From: a virus
Length of the DNA stretch: 64,000 nt
Direction: 5' to 3' (one strand)
IMG/VR virus record: IMGVR_UViG_3300043331_000919
Coordinates: 1-64,000 of that record
Part shown: piece by piece, positions 10,115 to 19,621 of the stretch
How positions within the stretch are numbered: position 1 is the stretch's first letter
Layout: each line of letters begins with the position of its first letter
Translations under genes and position numbers: made by a program
The notes under the pieces: model-generated
The model's input: the letters and a program-made list of their open reading frames with translations, nothing else
Database searches by the model: none
What the model was told of the DNA's origin: nothing

Positions 10115-10642
10115 ATGGCTGACCCCAAGACGTTCACCGAGGACGAGCACCTCGCGATCCTTGCGGATCGGGTCACGAAGGAGACGGCGGAGCTGACCGG
10201 CACCGTCGAGACTCTCACGACCGAGCGCAACGAGCTGCAGAACAAGCTCGACGTCGCCGAGAGTGCCAAGGCCGCGGCTGAGCAGGAGCGCGACCAGGCC
10301 AAGCAGGAGCTCACCGACTTCCGCACGGAGGTCGAGGAGCGCGAGGCTGCCGCCCAGCGCAAGGAGGCCCGCCTGGGCCAGGTGAAGGAGGTGGCCGCCC
10401 ACCTGGGCGACGACTTCTTCGCCGACGACAAGCGCGTCGAGCGCATCGTCGCGATGTCCGACGAGGGCTTCGAGGGCTACCTCGACGACCTGAAGGCCAC
10501 CGCGCCGAGCAAGACCACCACGTCCAGCACCGCCCCCCGCGAGACGGCCATGGCCGGCGCGGGCAGCTCCACGGCCGACGAGGGCAAGCCCTCCGCCGCC
10601 AAGGAGCTGTTCCTCGGGCGCTTCCAGCCGAAGGGGGACTGA
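10115..10642 (+). CDS. Capsid scaffolding protein
   Basis: Acidic coiled coil before the capsid genes; strong GAGGAG RBS. Confidence 0.7.
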   Translation: MADPKTFTEDEHLAILADRVTKETAELTGTVETLTTERNELQNKLDVAESAKAAAEQERDQAKQELTDFRTEVEEREAAAQRKEARLGQVKEVAAHLGDDFFADDKRVERIVAMSDEGFEGYLDDLKATAPSKTTTSSTAPRETAMAGAGSSTADEGKPSAAKELFLGRFQPKGD

Positions 10643-10645
10643 CCC

Positions 10646-11173
10646 ATGGCTTCCGACTACGGCCTCAACTTCGGGTTCCGCCGGTCCGACGAGTCGATGG
10701 CGACCCGCGAGGGCCGCTTCAAGACCCCGGCCACCGGCAACCCGCTCCGCATCGGCACCGCGGTCGAGATCGACCCCGCCGAGCCCGGCTACATGAAGCA
10801 GTCCGCTGCCGACGCCGCTCCGGTGTCGGGTCTCCGCGGCCTGCTCGTCCAGGAGGAGTCGCACCTCCAGGTGATCGGCACCTTCGACGTGCCGGGCCAC
10901 GACTCCTACGACCTCGGCCTCGCCAAGCTCGACCAGCTCTCCGTGATCTGGGCGGGCGTCGGCACCAAGGTCTGGTTCCGCAACACGGCCGCGTACTCCC
11001 GGGGCACCCGCTCCAAGGCCGCGGTCACCATGGTCGACCTCACCGGCGTGAACGTCGGCGACCAGCTCGGGTGGGACGGCAGCAAGTGGGTGAAGTCGGA
11101 CGTCGACACGCCCGGCTGGCTGACCGTGACCGCCACGTCCACCGACTACTGCGAAGCAGTCGTCACGTTCTGA
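10646..11173 (+). CDS. Capsid decoration / minor head protein
   Basis: 175-aa beta-rich ORF between scaffold and major capsid. Confidence 0.55.
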   Translation: MASDYGLNFGFRRSDESMATREGRFKTPATGNPLRIGTAVEIDPAEPGYMKQSAADAAPVSGLRGLLVQEESHLQVIGTFDVPGHDSYDLGLAKLDQLSVIWAGVGTKVWFRNTAAYSRGTRSKAAVTMVDLTGVNVGDQLGWDGSKWVKSDVDTPGWLTVTATSTDYCEAVVTF

Positions 11174-11189
11174 GAGGGGGCAACCCACC

Positions 11190-12176
11190 ATGGCTAAGAC
11201 CATCGACGACCTGATGGCGGCCCGGGCCGGTCTCGACCCGTTCGGTCGCCCCCGCGCGGCCGACCTGGAGAAGTACGAGCGCGCCAAGGCCGCGCTCAAC
11301 CAGGAGGCCAAGGACAACTGGGACAACGAGTCCTGGCACCGCGAGCAGGCGGCCATCCTCAGCGAGCGCTGGGACTACGGCTTCCAGTTCGACAACCTGT
11401 TCCCGACCTACTTCGAGGTCCGCAACGTCGGCGAGTTCGACAGCGTGGAGATCGTTGAGCGCCGGGGCCTGAACGTCTTCTGGACCGCCCGTGGCGGCTA
11501 CATCGACGAGACCCAGCTGAAGACCGAGCGGTTCACGATCCCTCGTGACACCGTCGGTTTCCACGTCTCGGAGTTCGAGGACAAGCTGCGTGCGAACTAC
11601 GCGGAGACCCTGGAGCAGCTCGCTGAGCTCGCCAACCAGCGGCTCGACGCTGAGGTCAACCGCCGCATGTTCAACCTGCTCCAGTTCGCGATCCCGTCGT
11701 CCAGCCCGTACTACGTGAACGCCACCTCTGGCCTCACGAAGGACATCCTGGACACCGCGATTCGCGAGGTGGCCGACCAGGTCAAGCCGAACAACGGCAC
11801 GATGCCCCCGATCACGATCCTCGGTCGCGCGACCATGATCGACAAGATCTCGGACGTCGTGACCGACGCGGCGGCGCTGTTCGACCCCGAGGCCACCGCG
11901 GAGATCCGCCGCATGGGCCGCCTCGGCGTCTACCGCGGTGCCAACGTGGTCCGGATCCAGAACTACACCGACGAGAACGACCAGTCGTACATCCCGGAGA
12001 ACGAGCTCTGGGTGTTCGGCGGCACCGTCGGCGTCTTCGCCAAGTACGGCGGGATGATCACGAAGTCCTGGGCCGAGAACACGGTCGACTACCGCCACAT
12101 CCGCTCGCGGATGGACTGCGGTGGCCTGGTGTACGCCCCGCAGCGGGCGCGTCGCATCGTCGACGGCACCGTCTGA
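11190..12176 (+). CDS. Major capsid protein
   Basis: 328 aa, strongly biased codons, follows scaffold/decoration genes, followed by terminator hairpins. Confidence 0.78.
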   Translation: MAKTIDDLMAARAGLDPFGRPRAADLEKYERAKAALNQEAKDNWDNESWHREQAAILSERWDYGFQFDNLFPTYFEVRNVGEFDSVEIVERRGLNVFWTARGGYIDETQLKTERFTIPRDTVGFHVSEFEDKLRANYAETLEQLAELANQRLDAEVNRRMFNLLQFAIPSSSPYYVNATSGLTKDILDTAIREVADQVKPNNGTMPPITILGRATMIDKISDVVTDAAALFDPEATAEIRRMGRLGVYRGANVVRIQNYTDENDQSYIPENELWVFGGTVGVFAKYGGMITKSWAENTVDYRHIRSRMDCGGLVYAPQRARRIVDGTV

Positions 12177-12212
12177 CCCGCTACCCTCACTCTTGGGTGA
12201 GGGTCACAGCAG

Positions 12213-12245
12213 GAAAGCCCCCCGGCTCCGGCCGGGGGGCTTTCT
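12213..12245 (+). terminator. Intrinsic terminator after the major capsid gene
   Basis: GAAAGCCCCCCGG / CCGGGGGGCTTTC stem; preceded by hairpin ACCCTCAC/GTGAGGGT at 12183-12204. Confidence 0.75.
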
Positions 12246-12313
12246 GCATGCCTGGGGTAGCCCGTCTGGGCCATCGGGGTCGAAGTACTCGCTGGATCCA
12301 TAGGAGGTGCTCC

Positions 12314-12997
12314 ATGTCCTGGCGCGTAGCCCGTTCGCTCGACGTCCTGCTCGGCGAGATCAACGCCGCAGCCCCCGCCCGCAACAAGGCCTCCGACGGT
12401 TCGATCGGCGACGCCGCTCACGCCAGCAGGGACTCCGACCACAACCCGTGGGTGATCCACGGCGGCCAGGGCATCGTCCGGGCCCGGGACTTCACGCACG
12501 ACGTGGCCGGCGGCCTGGACTGCCACAAGCTCGCGAAGGCGCTGACGGAGCTGATCGCCCTGGGCGGCCACCCGGCCCTGCGGTCCGGCGCCTACGTCAT
12601 CTGGAACGGGCGGATCTACAGCTTCGACCGCCGCCACGAGGGCTGGCGCGACTACTCCGGCCCGAACCCGCACACGCACCACCTGCACCTGTCGGTCGCC
12701 ATCGACGCGGCCGGCTTCGACTCGAACCGACCCTGGTTCGTGATGACTGAGGAGGATCCGATGGCCGACTACGAGAAGCAGCTGAACGGCATGGACCGCA
12801 AGCTCGACCGGCTGCTCGCCCGTGACGAGCGGTTCCGGAAGACGGCCGCCCAGCGACACCAGAAGACGCTGGCCGCCCTCGACGAGATCGCCGAGCAGGC
12901 CAAGGACGACGCCACCAGGACGCAGATCCGTCGCCTGCGCGACCAGCTCGCCACCGAGACCCCGGAGAGCCCGGAGTCCCTCGCCGAGGAGGAGTGA
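12314..12997 (+). CDS. Endolysin (M15-like Zn peptidase domain of actinophage lysins) with C-terminal coiled coil
   Basis: DGSIGDAAH...SDHNP...ARDFT...YVIWNGRI...PHTHHLHLS motifs; GGAGGTG RBS. Confidence 0.75.
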   Translation: MSWRVARSLDVLLGEINAAAPARNKASDGSIGDAAHASRDSDHNPWVIHGGQGIVRARDFTHDVAGGLDCHKLAKALTELIALGGHPALRSGAYVIWNGRIYSFDRRHEGWRDYSGPNPHTHHLHLSVAIDAAGFDSNRPWFVMTEEDPMADYEKQLNGMDRKLDRLLARDERFRKTAAQRHQKTLAALDEIAEQAKDDATRTQIRRLRDQLATETPESPESLAEEE

Positions 12998-13500
12998 CAC
13001 CCATGGAGCAGTACCGAGAGCCCCAGCACACCCCGCTGCTGCAGCCCACCGTCGCGCCGAAGGCCGCCGAGGTGGTGCACGCCGCAGTCCCGGAAGGCGA
13101 GTCGCCCACCGGTGCGGTCGTCTCGCTCGCCGCGGTCCAGCCGACCCAGGTCCGTCGCCCGTGGCGCGCCACCCTGCGCACGGCGTTCGCCGGCGTCATC
13201 GGCTTCGCCGCGCTGCTGCCGTTCATCGTCGAGGCGACCGGCCTGGAGCCGGAGGTCTACCCATGGCTCGCCGGCATGCTCGCCGTGGCTGCCGCCGTCA
13301 CCCGAGTCATGGCGCTGCCGCAGGTCGAGGACTTCCTGCAGCGCTTCTTCCCGTTCCTCTCGGCCGCCGGCGGCAACCAGCCGGGCGTGCACCGGGGTGA
13401 GCGGGGGGCGTCGGCCAGCGAGCTGGCGCTGATCGTGCTCGCGGGCGTCGTGGTGGTCTGGTTCATCATCTGGCTGGTCGGCGGCCCGAACGCCCGTTGA
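12994..13500 (+). CDS. Holin, with an extra C-terminal pilin-like TM segment
   Basis: PWRATLRT...TM...AVTRVMALP motif typical of actinophage holins; directly follows the endolysin. Confidence 0.7.
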   Translation: MTPMEQYREPQHTPLLQPTVAPKAAEVVHAAVPEGESPTGAVVSLAAVQPTQVRRPWRATLRTAFAGVIGFAALLPFIVEATGLEPEVYPWLAGMLAVAAAVTRVMALPQVEDFLQRFFPFLSAAGGNQPGVHRGERGASASELALIVLAGVVVVWFIIWLVGGPNAR

Positions 13501-13596
13501 CGGTGCCAGAAAAGTTCCACGCCTGTGATTCGTCCCGAAAGGTGTTGACGGGTGGGGTTGAATGAGGCTCATCCCCACCCGCGCCAAGGAGGCACG

Positions 13597-14124
13597 ATGA
13601 CGCAGCAGCCCATGGTTCCGGCCGACAAGGAGATCTGGGAGTCCACGATCCCCGGCCGAATCGCCGTCACCACGATCGACGACCGCGGTCGCGAGCGTAC
13701 CCAGTCGATCCTCGGCAAGGGCCAGCGACTCCGCGTCACCGCCGAGGAGCGGGCGATCAACGAGGAGCGCATCCGGGATCAGCAGAACAACCCGTTCCGC
13801 AACGGGATGCTGCTCCACATCAACCGGAAGCCGGCCGAGGAGCCGTCCGGTGACGGGGAGGGCTCCGCGGCCCCGTCGTCGCGCCCCTCCGACCAGGAGT
13901 TGAGCGACGACGAGCTCGCCGCCACCTTCGAGTTCGAGGGCGACGACTTCGCCGACGCCGTCCGGGCGCTCTCCGAGGTCAACGTCCGTCGCCTGAAGGT
14001 GCTCGCCGCCGAGCGGGACGCGAAGACCAGCCAGGTCGTCTTCATCAACAGCCACATCGAGGAGACCTGGCCGATCGGCGGGGACACCCCGACCTACCGC
14101 GAGATGCAGGGCGCCCCGCAGTGA
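13597..14124 (+). CDS. Hypothetical protein
   Basis: AAGGAGG RBS; good codon usage. Confidence 0.7.
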   Translation: MTQQPMVPADKEIWESTIPGRIAVTTIDDRGRERTQSILGKGQRLRVTAEERAINEERIRDQQNNPFRNGMLLHINRKPAEEPSGDGEGSAAPSSRPSDQELSDDELAATFEFEGDDFADAVRALSEVNVRRLKVLAAERDAKTSQVVFINSHIEETWPIGGDTPTYREMQGAPQ

Positions 14125-14378
14125 GCGAGGCCCACCCCGAGACCGTCTCGGCCCGGGTCATCGTCGAGGTGCTCGCCGGACTGATCCCCGGTCAGCCCAT
14201 GCCCGAGCACACGCGGCGCTTCGCCATCACCTCGCCGGAGTGGCGGGAGGCGAACGAGAAGGGCACCGCGTCCGAGCTGCTCGCGCAGGTCAACGGCAAG
14301 GCGCAGGGCTACGCGGGCCTGCTGATGCTCCAGCCGGATCACCTGAACTGGGTCCGCACCGACTGGATCTGGCTCTGA
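14121..14378 (+). CDS. Hypothetical protein
   Basis: GTGA overlap start. Confidence 0.6.
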   Translation: MSEAHPETVSARVIVEVLAGLIPGQPMPEHTRRFAITSPEWREANEKGTASELLAQVNGKAQGYAGLLMLQPDHLNWVRTDWIWL

Positions 14379-14382
14379 AGAC

Positions 14383-14613
14383 TCCCTCCCGAGAGCGGTG
14401 ACGTCCCCCGTCGCCACGGCCGCTCTTGGGAGGGAAGGCGCCGGGCCTCCCCCAATGGGCTGGGGGAACCCCCGGGACTGGCGCCGACTGGGAACCTAGT
14501 GCACGAACGGATAGGGAGCGCACCGCTCGGCAGGTGAGGGTTTAGGCCGAGGCCCACGATCGCACACAGCCCCCGTAGACGGCTTGGGGAAGACGTCCGC
14601 GGGGGCTGTGTGC
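14383..14613 (+). ncRNA. Candidate structured non-coding RNA (multi-hairpin intergenic element)
   Basis: Stems 14383-14398/14420-14435, 14437-14444/14478-14485 and a perfect 14-bp 14562-14575/14600-14613; no credible ORF; strand assumed from operon direction. Confidence 0.45.
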
Positions 14614-14634
14614 TGCCCGGTCGAAGTCTGAGTC

Positions 14635-15156
14635 ATGACGGCCCTCAGCACGCTCATCGAGCCCCTGAAGCGTGAGCTCGCGGTGCCCGGGACGTTTCCG
14701 GACGTCTTCCCCGACACGAGTAATGCAGACCTGCTGGGCAGCCTCGCGGACGGCTTCGCCGAGGCCCGCCTCGCTGGCTTCTTCCCCGACGTCACCTTGA
14801 CCCAGGTCGGCGCGGCGCCGAGCCTCGACTACGAGACCGACCCGGACCTGTCGCTCGCCGGCACCGCGGTGGTCGTGATCCTCACCTCGATCCGGATCCT
14901 CCGGTCCCAGCTGCGGAACATCAACAGCGGCCAGCGCTACAAGGCTGGGCCCGTCGAGTTCGAGACCACCAAGGCCGCCTCCATGCTGAAGGCCGAGCTC
15001 GACTACCTCACCGGCCGGCTGGACAAGATCATCGAGAACGCCGACAAGGCCGCGCGCGCCTCGGCCGGACTCGCCACCGTCTTCGACGGGTACATCGCCC
15101 GCGGGGGCAGCATCGAGCGCGCCGGCGGTCTCTACGCCTACGAGTACCGGGGGTAG
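14635..15156 (+). CDS. Head-to-tail adaptor
   Basis: Size and synteny after the head genes; RYKAGPVEFE motif resembles adaptor proteins. Confidence 0.55.
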   Translation: MTALSTLIEPLKRELAVPGTFPDVFPDTSNADLLGSLADGFAEARLAGFFPDVTLTQVGAAPSLDYETDPDLSLAGTAVVVILTSIRILRSQLRNINSGQRYKAGPVEFETTKAASMLKAELDYLTGRLDKIIENADKAARASAGLATVFDGYIARGGSIERAGGLYAYEYRG

Positions 15157-15159
15157 CCC

Positions 15160-15606
15160 GTGCCGAAGGAACTGCCTCCCGGGTTCAACGCCGACGAGAT
15201 CCGGAGGGGTCTGCTGCAGGCGATGGAGTTCGGCGCGCCCACGCGCACCGAGGACCAGGCGACCTTCTACTTCGTGGCCCGCAGCGCCCCGACCGGGCCG
15301 GCGGACGACGAGGGTGTCCCGTTCGACCCCAGCGAGCGTCCGACGAACGAGGCGAGCCCCGACAAGCTCACCGTGCCGTGCGCGGTCGAGTACTACGACG
15401 CCACCGGAGTGATCGAGACCTTCGGCGTCATCACGCCGACCAAGATCCGGGTCACCCTGCAGGATCCGGAGTGGCAGCAGGTGAAGGACTTCGCCTACGT
15501 GGTCGCCGGTGGTGACAAGTACATCCGGGCCCGCGTCGAGCCGCCGGTGGCACTCGGCAGCCTCGACTTCTGGATGGTCTGGTGCAGAGCGGAGGACGAG
15601 CGATGA
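15160..15606 (+). CDS. Head-to-tail stopper
   Basis: Synteny; beta-rich, 148 aa. Confidence 0.5.
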   Translation: MPKELPPGFNADEIRRGLLQAMEFGAPTRTEDQATFYFVARSAPTGPADDEGVPFDPSERPTNEASPDKLTVPCAVEYYDATGVIETFGVITPTKIRVTLQDPEWQQVKDFAYVVAGGDKYIRARVEPPVALGSLDFWMVWCRAEDER

Positions 15607-16124
15607 CCTGGCTGCGACACGCCTCTCGACACGTCCACCACTCGGTGGCCGACTACCTGCGCGCCCAGCTCGACGCCCTGAACTGGACCGACGAGGCGAA
15701 CACGCCGTTCGGGGCGCCCGCCGTCGACCTGCGCACGAGCGCCTCGATCGTGGGCGAGAAGCTCGTCGAGGGTATCTCCGCCGGCGTCGTCACGATCACC
15801 CTCGGACCGGAGCTGGCCCCCGAGGAGGAGGAGCTCGGCGGTCCGCTGTCACTGCAGGAGTACCCCTTCTTCATCGACATCTTCCAGGAGTCCGAGGGCG
15901 TGTGCACTGCGCTCGCCTGCGACATCCGGGACATCTTCATGGGCCGCCTGGCGGGCACGCAGCGCTGGCTGCCCGTCACCAACCAGGCCACCGACGCGGT
16001 CGTCGCGGGCTGGAAGCTGGAGTTCGACGACGTCGAGCGCGTCACTCCGGACCAGCGCTTCACCCTGCCCTGGCAGGTGGTGAAGGTGACCGCGTCGGCG
16101 TACTTCCCCGAGGTGGTCTACTGA
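15603..16124 (+). CDS. Tail terminator-like protein
   Basis: Synteny; FFIDIF...ALACDIRDIF pattern. Confidence 0.5.
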   Translation: MTWLRHASRHVHHSVADYLRAQLDALNWTDEANTPFGAPAVDLRTSASIVGEKLVEGISAGVVTITLGPELAPEEEELGGPLSLQEYPFFIDIFQESEGVCTALACDIRDIFMGRLAGTQRWLPVTNQATDAVVAGWKLEFDDVERVTPDQRFTLPWQVVKVTASAYFPEVVY

Positions 16125-16411
16125 TGCAGTTCATCAAGAACCTGCTGAACGAGCAGCGCAAGCGGGCCGTGGGCAACCTGATGCGCCACATCGAGACCAA
16201 GGTCTACCCGCACCTGCCGCCGGCCGAGTGCGCCGATCTGCGCGCCAAGGTGATCGGGGCGCTCGGGCAGTACCACGACACCTGCCTCGACATCGTGAAG
16301 GCGTCCGTCGCTGACGGCAGCGTGCTCAACGACGAGGCGCTCGTGGTGCTCGCGCGCATGGAGGGCGCGCTCGCCGACCTGCGTCGCGAGGTGGACCATG
16401 CCGAGCGCTGA
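16124..16411 (+). CDS. Hypothetical protein
   Basis: TGATG overlap start (MQFIKNLL...). Confidence 0.6.
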   Translation: MQFIKNLLNEQRKRAVGNLMRHIETKVYPHLPPAECADLRAKVIGALGQYHDTCLDIVKASVADGSVLNDEALVVLARMEGALADLRREVDHAER

Positions 16412-17063
16412 GATCCGCCTCCGGGTCGACGAGACTCCGAACCTGCGCAACGAGCTCGGCCAGTACACCTCGGCCGGCGTGCAAGAGATGCGGGACCGCA
16501 ACCAGCGCTACGCCATCAGCCTGCAGTCCCAGGTCGCGCTCCGGATGCGCAACCACATCGCCTTCGGCCGCCGGCCCAACGTCTCCACCGGACGACTGCT
16601 GCGCAGCACCATCGACGCCCGCAACATCCTCGTCGACCAGTACTACGTCGGCGTCGGCCGCCCGGACTGGCTGGACAAGTCGGTCGCCCGGTACTGGCGC
16701 ACCTTCGAGGAGGGCTCGGCCGCGGTCTGGCGACGCCCGTTCGCCGGCATGCAGCTGCGTGGCCGGTTCGGCGGCAGCATCGTCGGCTGGGCCCCCACGC
16801 GCACCCCGGGACCGCAGCCCCAGCCGCTCGCCGGCGGCCCCTGGAACGCGCAGGGCGGCAAGCTCCGCTGGTACTGGACGATGCCGCTGAACGACAACTT
16901 CGTGGTCAAGCGCGAGATCCAGCCCGCCAACATCTACGCCGAGGTCGCCCGCGAGGGCAACCTCAACGAGTACGCCGTGGCCAGTGCGCTGCGCTGGTTC
17001 GACCGGGTCTTCTCCCGCGGACTCTCGCCGTCGACCCCGCCGTACTTCTACGGGATGCGCTGA
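16398..17063 (+). CDS. Neck / tail-completion protein
   Basis: Basic protein with STGRLLRS...YWRTFEEG motif, upstream of the major tail gene. Confidence 0.5.
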   Translation: MPSAEIRLRVDETPNLRNELGQYTSAGVQEMRDRNQRYAISLQSQVALRMRNHIAFGRRPNVSTGRLLRSTIDARNILVDQYYVGVGRPDWLDKSVARYWRTFEEGSAAVWRRPFAGMQLRGRFGGSIVGWAPTRTPGPQPQPLAGGPWNAQGGKLRWYWTMPLNDNFVVKREIQPANIYAEVAREGNLNEYAVASALRWFDRVFSRGLSPSTPPYFYGMR

Positions 17064-17167
17064 CGATCTGAACGGGCGTTCCAACGGCGTTGGCACTCGC
17101 CGGGGGCTTGGTCGAAGTCACCCCTGAAGGCGCCGTCTGGGCGCTACGCCCAAGGAGAGGAGCCTCG

Positions 17168-18616
17168 ATGGCGATCAAGGGTGGTCAGATCCTGCACGTC
17201 GGCAACGGCGTCTCGGTGATCGACCGTGTCCAGACCGGTGGCCCCGGTCAGCTGAACATCCCGACCGAGAAGATCAACGAGCTCGGCAACTACAAGAGCG
17301 TCGCCACCATCCGGGACACCCCGGACCTGACGTTCTCGCTGGAGTCGCTCGACGTCTCCACCGAGATCGAGGCGCTGATCACGCGAGCGTACGGCGGCCG
17401 AGAGGTCTCCGACGCCGACATGACCGTGGCCGACAACACGCTCACCTCGCTGACTGCAGCGTTCACGTCCGACGACGTGGGCCGCCAGGTGGTCGTGGCC
17501 GGCGCCGGTGCGAACGGTGGCGACCTCGTCACCACCATCGACACCGTCACCAGCGCCACCGAGGCCGAGCTCGCAGACCCGTCCGTCGGGGCCGTCACCG
17601 GTGCCGACCTGCGGATCACCGTCGGCGGCATCGACCTCGCGCTGGCCAAGCCCACCGACTTCGCCAGCCAGTTCAAGGCCGGTCGTGACGCGGCCGAGCC
17701 GTTCCGCGTCGTCTGCGGCGTCGCGATCCCGTACCTCAACCTGGAGTCGGTGTCGTACCGGTTCGGCCTGCGGGACAACGCCACGCAGACCGTGAACTTC
17801 CGCGGCGACTCGATCTTCTACAGCCCGGGCGGCGTCTACGTCCAGGAGGTCGCCGGCACCGGCACGGCGGACCAGGAGATCGTCACCGACCACCCGGCGT
17901 TCGAGGTGGCCGAGGGCGACGCCCGCCGCATCCTGTCGATCACTGCGGGCAGCAAGCGGCTCGCGTTCGGCGCCGACTACACCGAGGCGTACGGCGCGGT
18001 CGCCGGCGGCGCGGCCGTCACCACGGTCACCCTCGACGAGGCCGTGGCGACCACCGAGATGGTCCGGGTCGTCTACGCCTCGCCGGACGTGCTCACCTAC
18101 GACCAGTCGGTGCACGCCGACCCGGCGGTGAAGCCGGCGGCCGTGAAGGGTCGCGACATCGAGATCTACGTCGGCGGCTACGACCCGGCTGACCACGCCG
18201 GCTCGGCGGTCAACAAGCTGGCGTCGGTGCAGTCGGTCGGCGTCGACTGGCGCGTCACCCTGGACCGCGACGAGGAGCTGGGCAACCACTACGCCGTGGC
18301 CCAGGACCACCTCGACGTGCCCGCGGTGACCGGCTCGGTGGACATCAAGCCGCGCGACCCCGCGGACCTGACGGCGCTGATCCGGAAGTTCCAGGGCGTC
18401 GCCGACGCGACCAAGGTGCTCGGTCCGTCCAGCGCGGTCCCGCTGCCGCTGGACATCCTGATCAAGCACCCCGACACCGGCGCCGTCCTGAAGCGCCTGC
18501 ACGTCCCGGACGCCCGGTTCACCACCCCGGGCTACCAGGGTCGCGCGGCGCAGAAGGCGACCGTCACTGTGCCCTTCGAGTCCGACGAGGGCAGCCTGCT
18601 CGTCTTCGAGCGCTGA
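17168..18616 (+). CDS. Major tail (tube) protein
   Basis: 482 aa, beta-rich, AAGGAGAGG RBS, precedes chaperones and tape measure. Confidence 0.72.
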   Translation: MAIKGGQILHVGNGVSVIDRVQTGGPGQLNIPTEKINELGNYKSVATIRDTPDLTFSLESLDVSTEIEALITRAYGGREVSDADMTVADNTLTSLTAAFTSDDVGRQVVVAGAGANGGDLVTTIDTVTSATEAELADPSVGAVTGADLRITVGGIDLALAKPTDFASQFKAGRDAAEPFRVVCGVAIPYLNLESVSYRFGLRDNATQTVNFRGDSIFYSPGGVYVQEVAGTGTADQEIVTDHPAFEVAEGDARRILSITAGSKRLAFGADYTEAYGAVAGGAAVTTVTLDEAVATTEMVRVVYASPDVLTYDQSVHADPAVKPAAVKGRDIEIYVGGYDPADHAGSAVNKLASVQSVGVDWRVTLDRDEELGNHYAVAQDHLDVPAVTGSVDIKPRDPADLTALIRKFQGVADATKVLGPSSAVPLPLDILIKHPDTGAVLKRLHVPDARFTTPGYQGRAAQKATVTVPFESDEGSLLVFER

Positions 18617-18633
18617 TCGGACAGCTGGAACTC

Positions 18634-18665
18634 GCCCCGGAGCCCACCCGAGAGGGCTCCGGGGC
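18634..18665 (+). terminator. Hairpin/terminator after the major tail gene
   Basis: GCCCCGGAGCCC / GGGCTCCGGGGC perfect 12-bp stem. Confidence 0.6.
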
Positions 18666-18712
18666 GGTCCCGATTCGGGACTGGAATGGAACAGGACTAG
18701 GACAGGAGCACC

Positions 18713-19621
18713 ATGAACATCAGCGAGCGCCTGCGGCGGGTCACGGACCTGTTCGTGGAGGGCACCGAGGTCTACCTCGGTGACGACGAGGCCGGGCAGC
18801 CGGTCGTCATCTGGGTCAACAAGCTGAACTCCTTCGAGGTCGAGGAGGCCCGCCGCGACGGCCAGGCCCGCCGCGGTCTCCGCATGGTCGAGCTCGGCAA
18901 GGAGGACAACCCCGAGCGTGCCGGCATCGTCGCCGAGATGGCGCTGTGGGACGACGACCAGCTCGCCAAGAACTACGTCGGCCAGAAGGCGGACGAGATC
19001 GACCTGGAGGCGTACAACGACCACTACGCCGACCCCGAGCAGCGCGAGCTGCTGGAGACCATCACCCGGATGCCGCAGCTGCTCGACGAGGCTGGAGTCG
19101 CTGAGGACGACCCGCGGCGCACCGAGCTGATGAACGCGCAGGCCGCCTGGATGCAGGCCCTCGCCGACCGAACCAAGAAGCTGCGGAGCCGCGCGCTGGA
19201 GGACGCCCGCGCCGAGGAGCGCGAGGCGCTGGAACGGGCGTTCATCGAGAACTGGCGCCAGCGCGAGACGCTCGACGTGTTCATGGCCGAGCGTCGCAAC
19301 ACCCAGCTGTTCTACGCGCTGCGCGAGTGCAAGGCCCAGGACGTCTCCACCGGCGCCCGGCCCGGCAAGGTCTGGGACCACAGCGCCTGCGACCACAGTC
19401 AGCGACTCGTCGAGGATCGCGCCGAGGTCCGGATGCTCCCGGACACGATCATGGCGAGGTGCATCGAGACGCTCGACGAGATCACCGTCCCGCAGCGTGA
19501 AGCGGGAAACTCGGACGCTCCGGCGAGTTCCTCCGCGTCGTCGGAGCCTGCAAGGCAGCCGGAGGCGACGTCACAGGGATCTTCCCCGGAGGTAGCCCCC
19601 TCCGAGCCCCCCACGAGCTGA
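18713..19621 (+). CDS. Tail assembly chaperone (G)
   Basis: Between major tail and tape measure; contains in-frame slippery site G GGA AAC. Confidence 0.75.
   Translation: MNISERLRRVTDLFVEGTEVYLGDDEAGQPVVIWVNKLNSFEVEEARRDGQARRGLRMVELGKEDNPERAGIVAEMALWDDDQLAKNYVGQKADEIDLEAYNDHYADPEQRELLETITRMPQLLDEAGVAEDDPRRTELMNAQAAWMQALADRTKKLRSRALEDARAEEREALERAFIENWRQRETLDVFMAERRNTQLFYALRECKAQDVSTGARPGKVWDHSACDHSQRLVEDRAEVRMLPDTIMARCIETLDEITVPQREAGNSDAPASSSASSEPARQPEATSQGSSPEVAPSEPPTS
19504..19510 (+). other. Programmed -1 ribosomal frameshift site GGGAAAC
   Basis: X XXY YYZ heptamer in frame; the -1 frame is open through to ORF 19630..19836. Confidence 0.8.
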
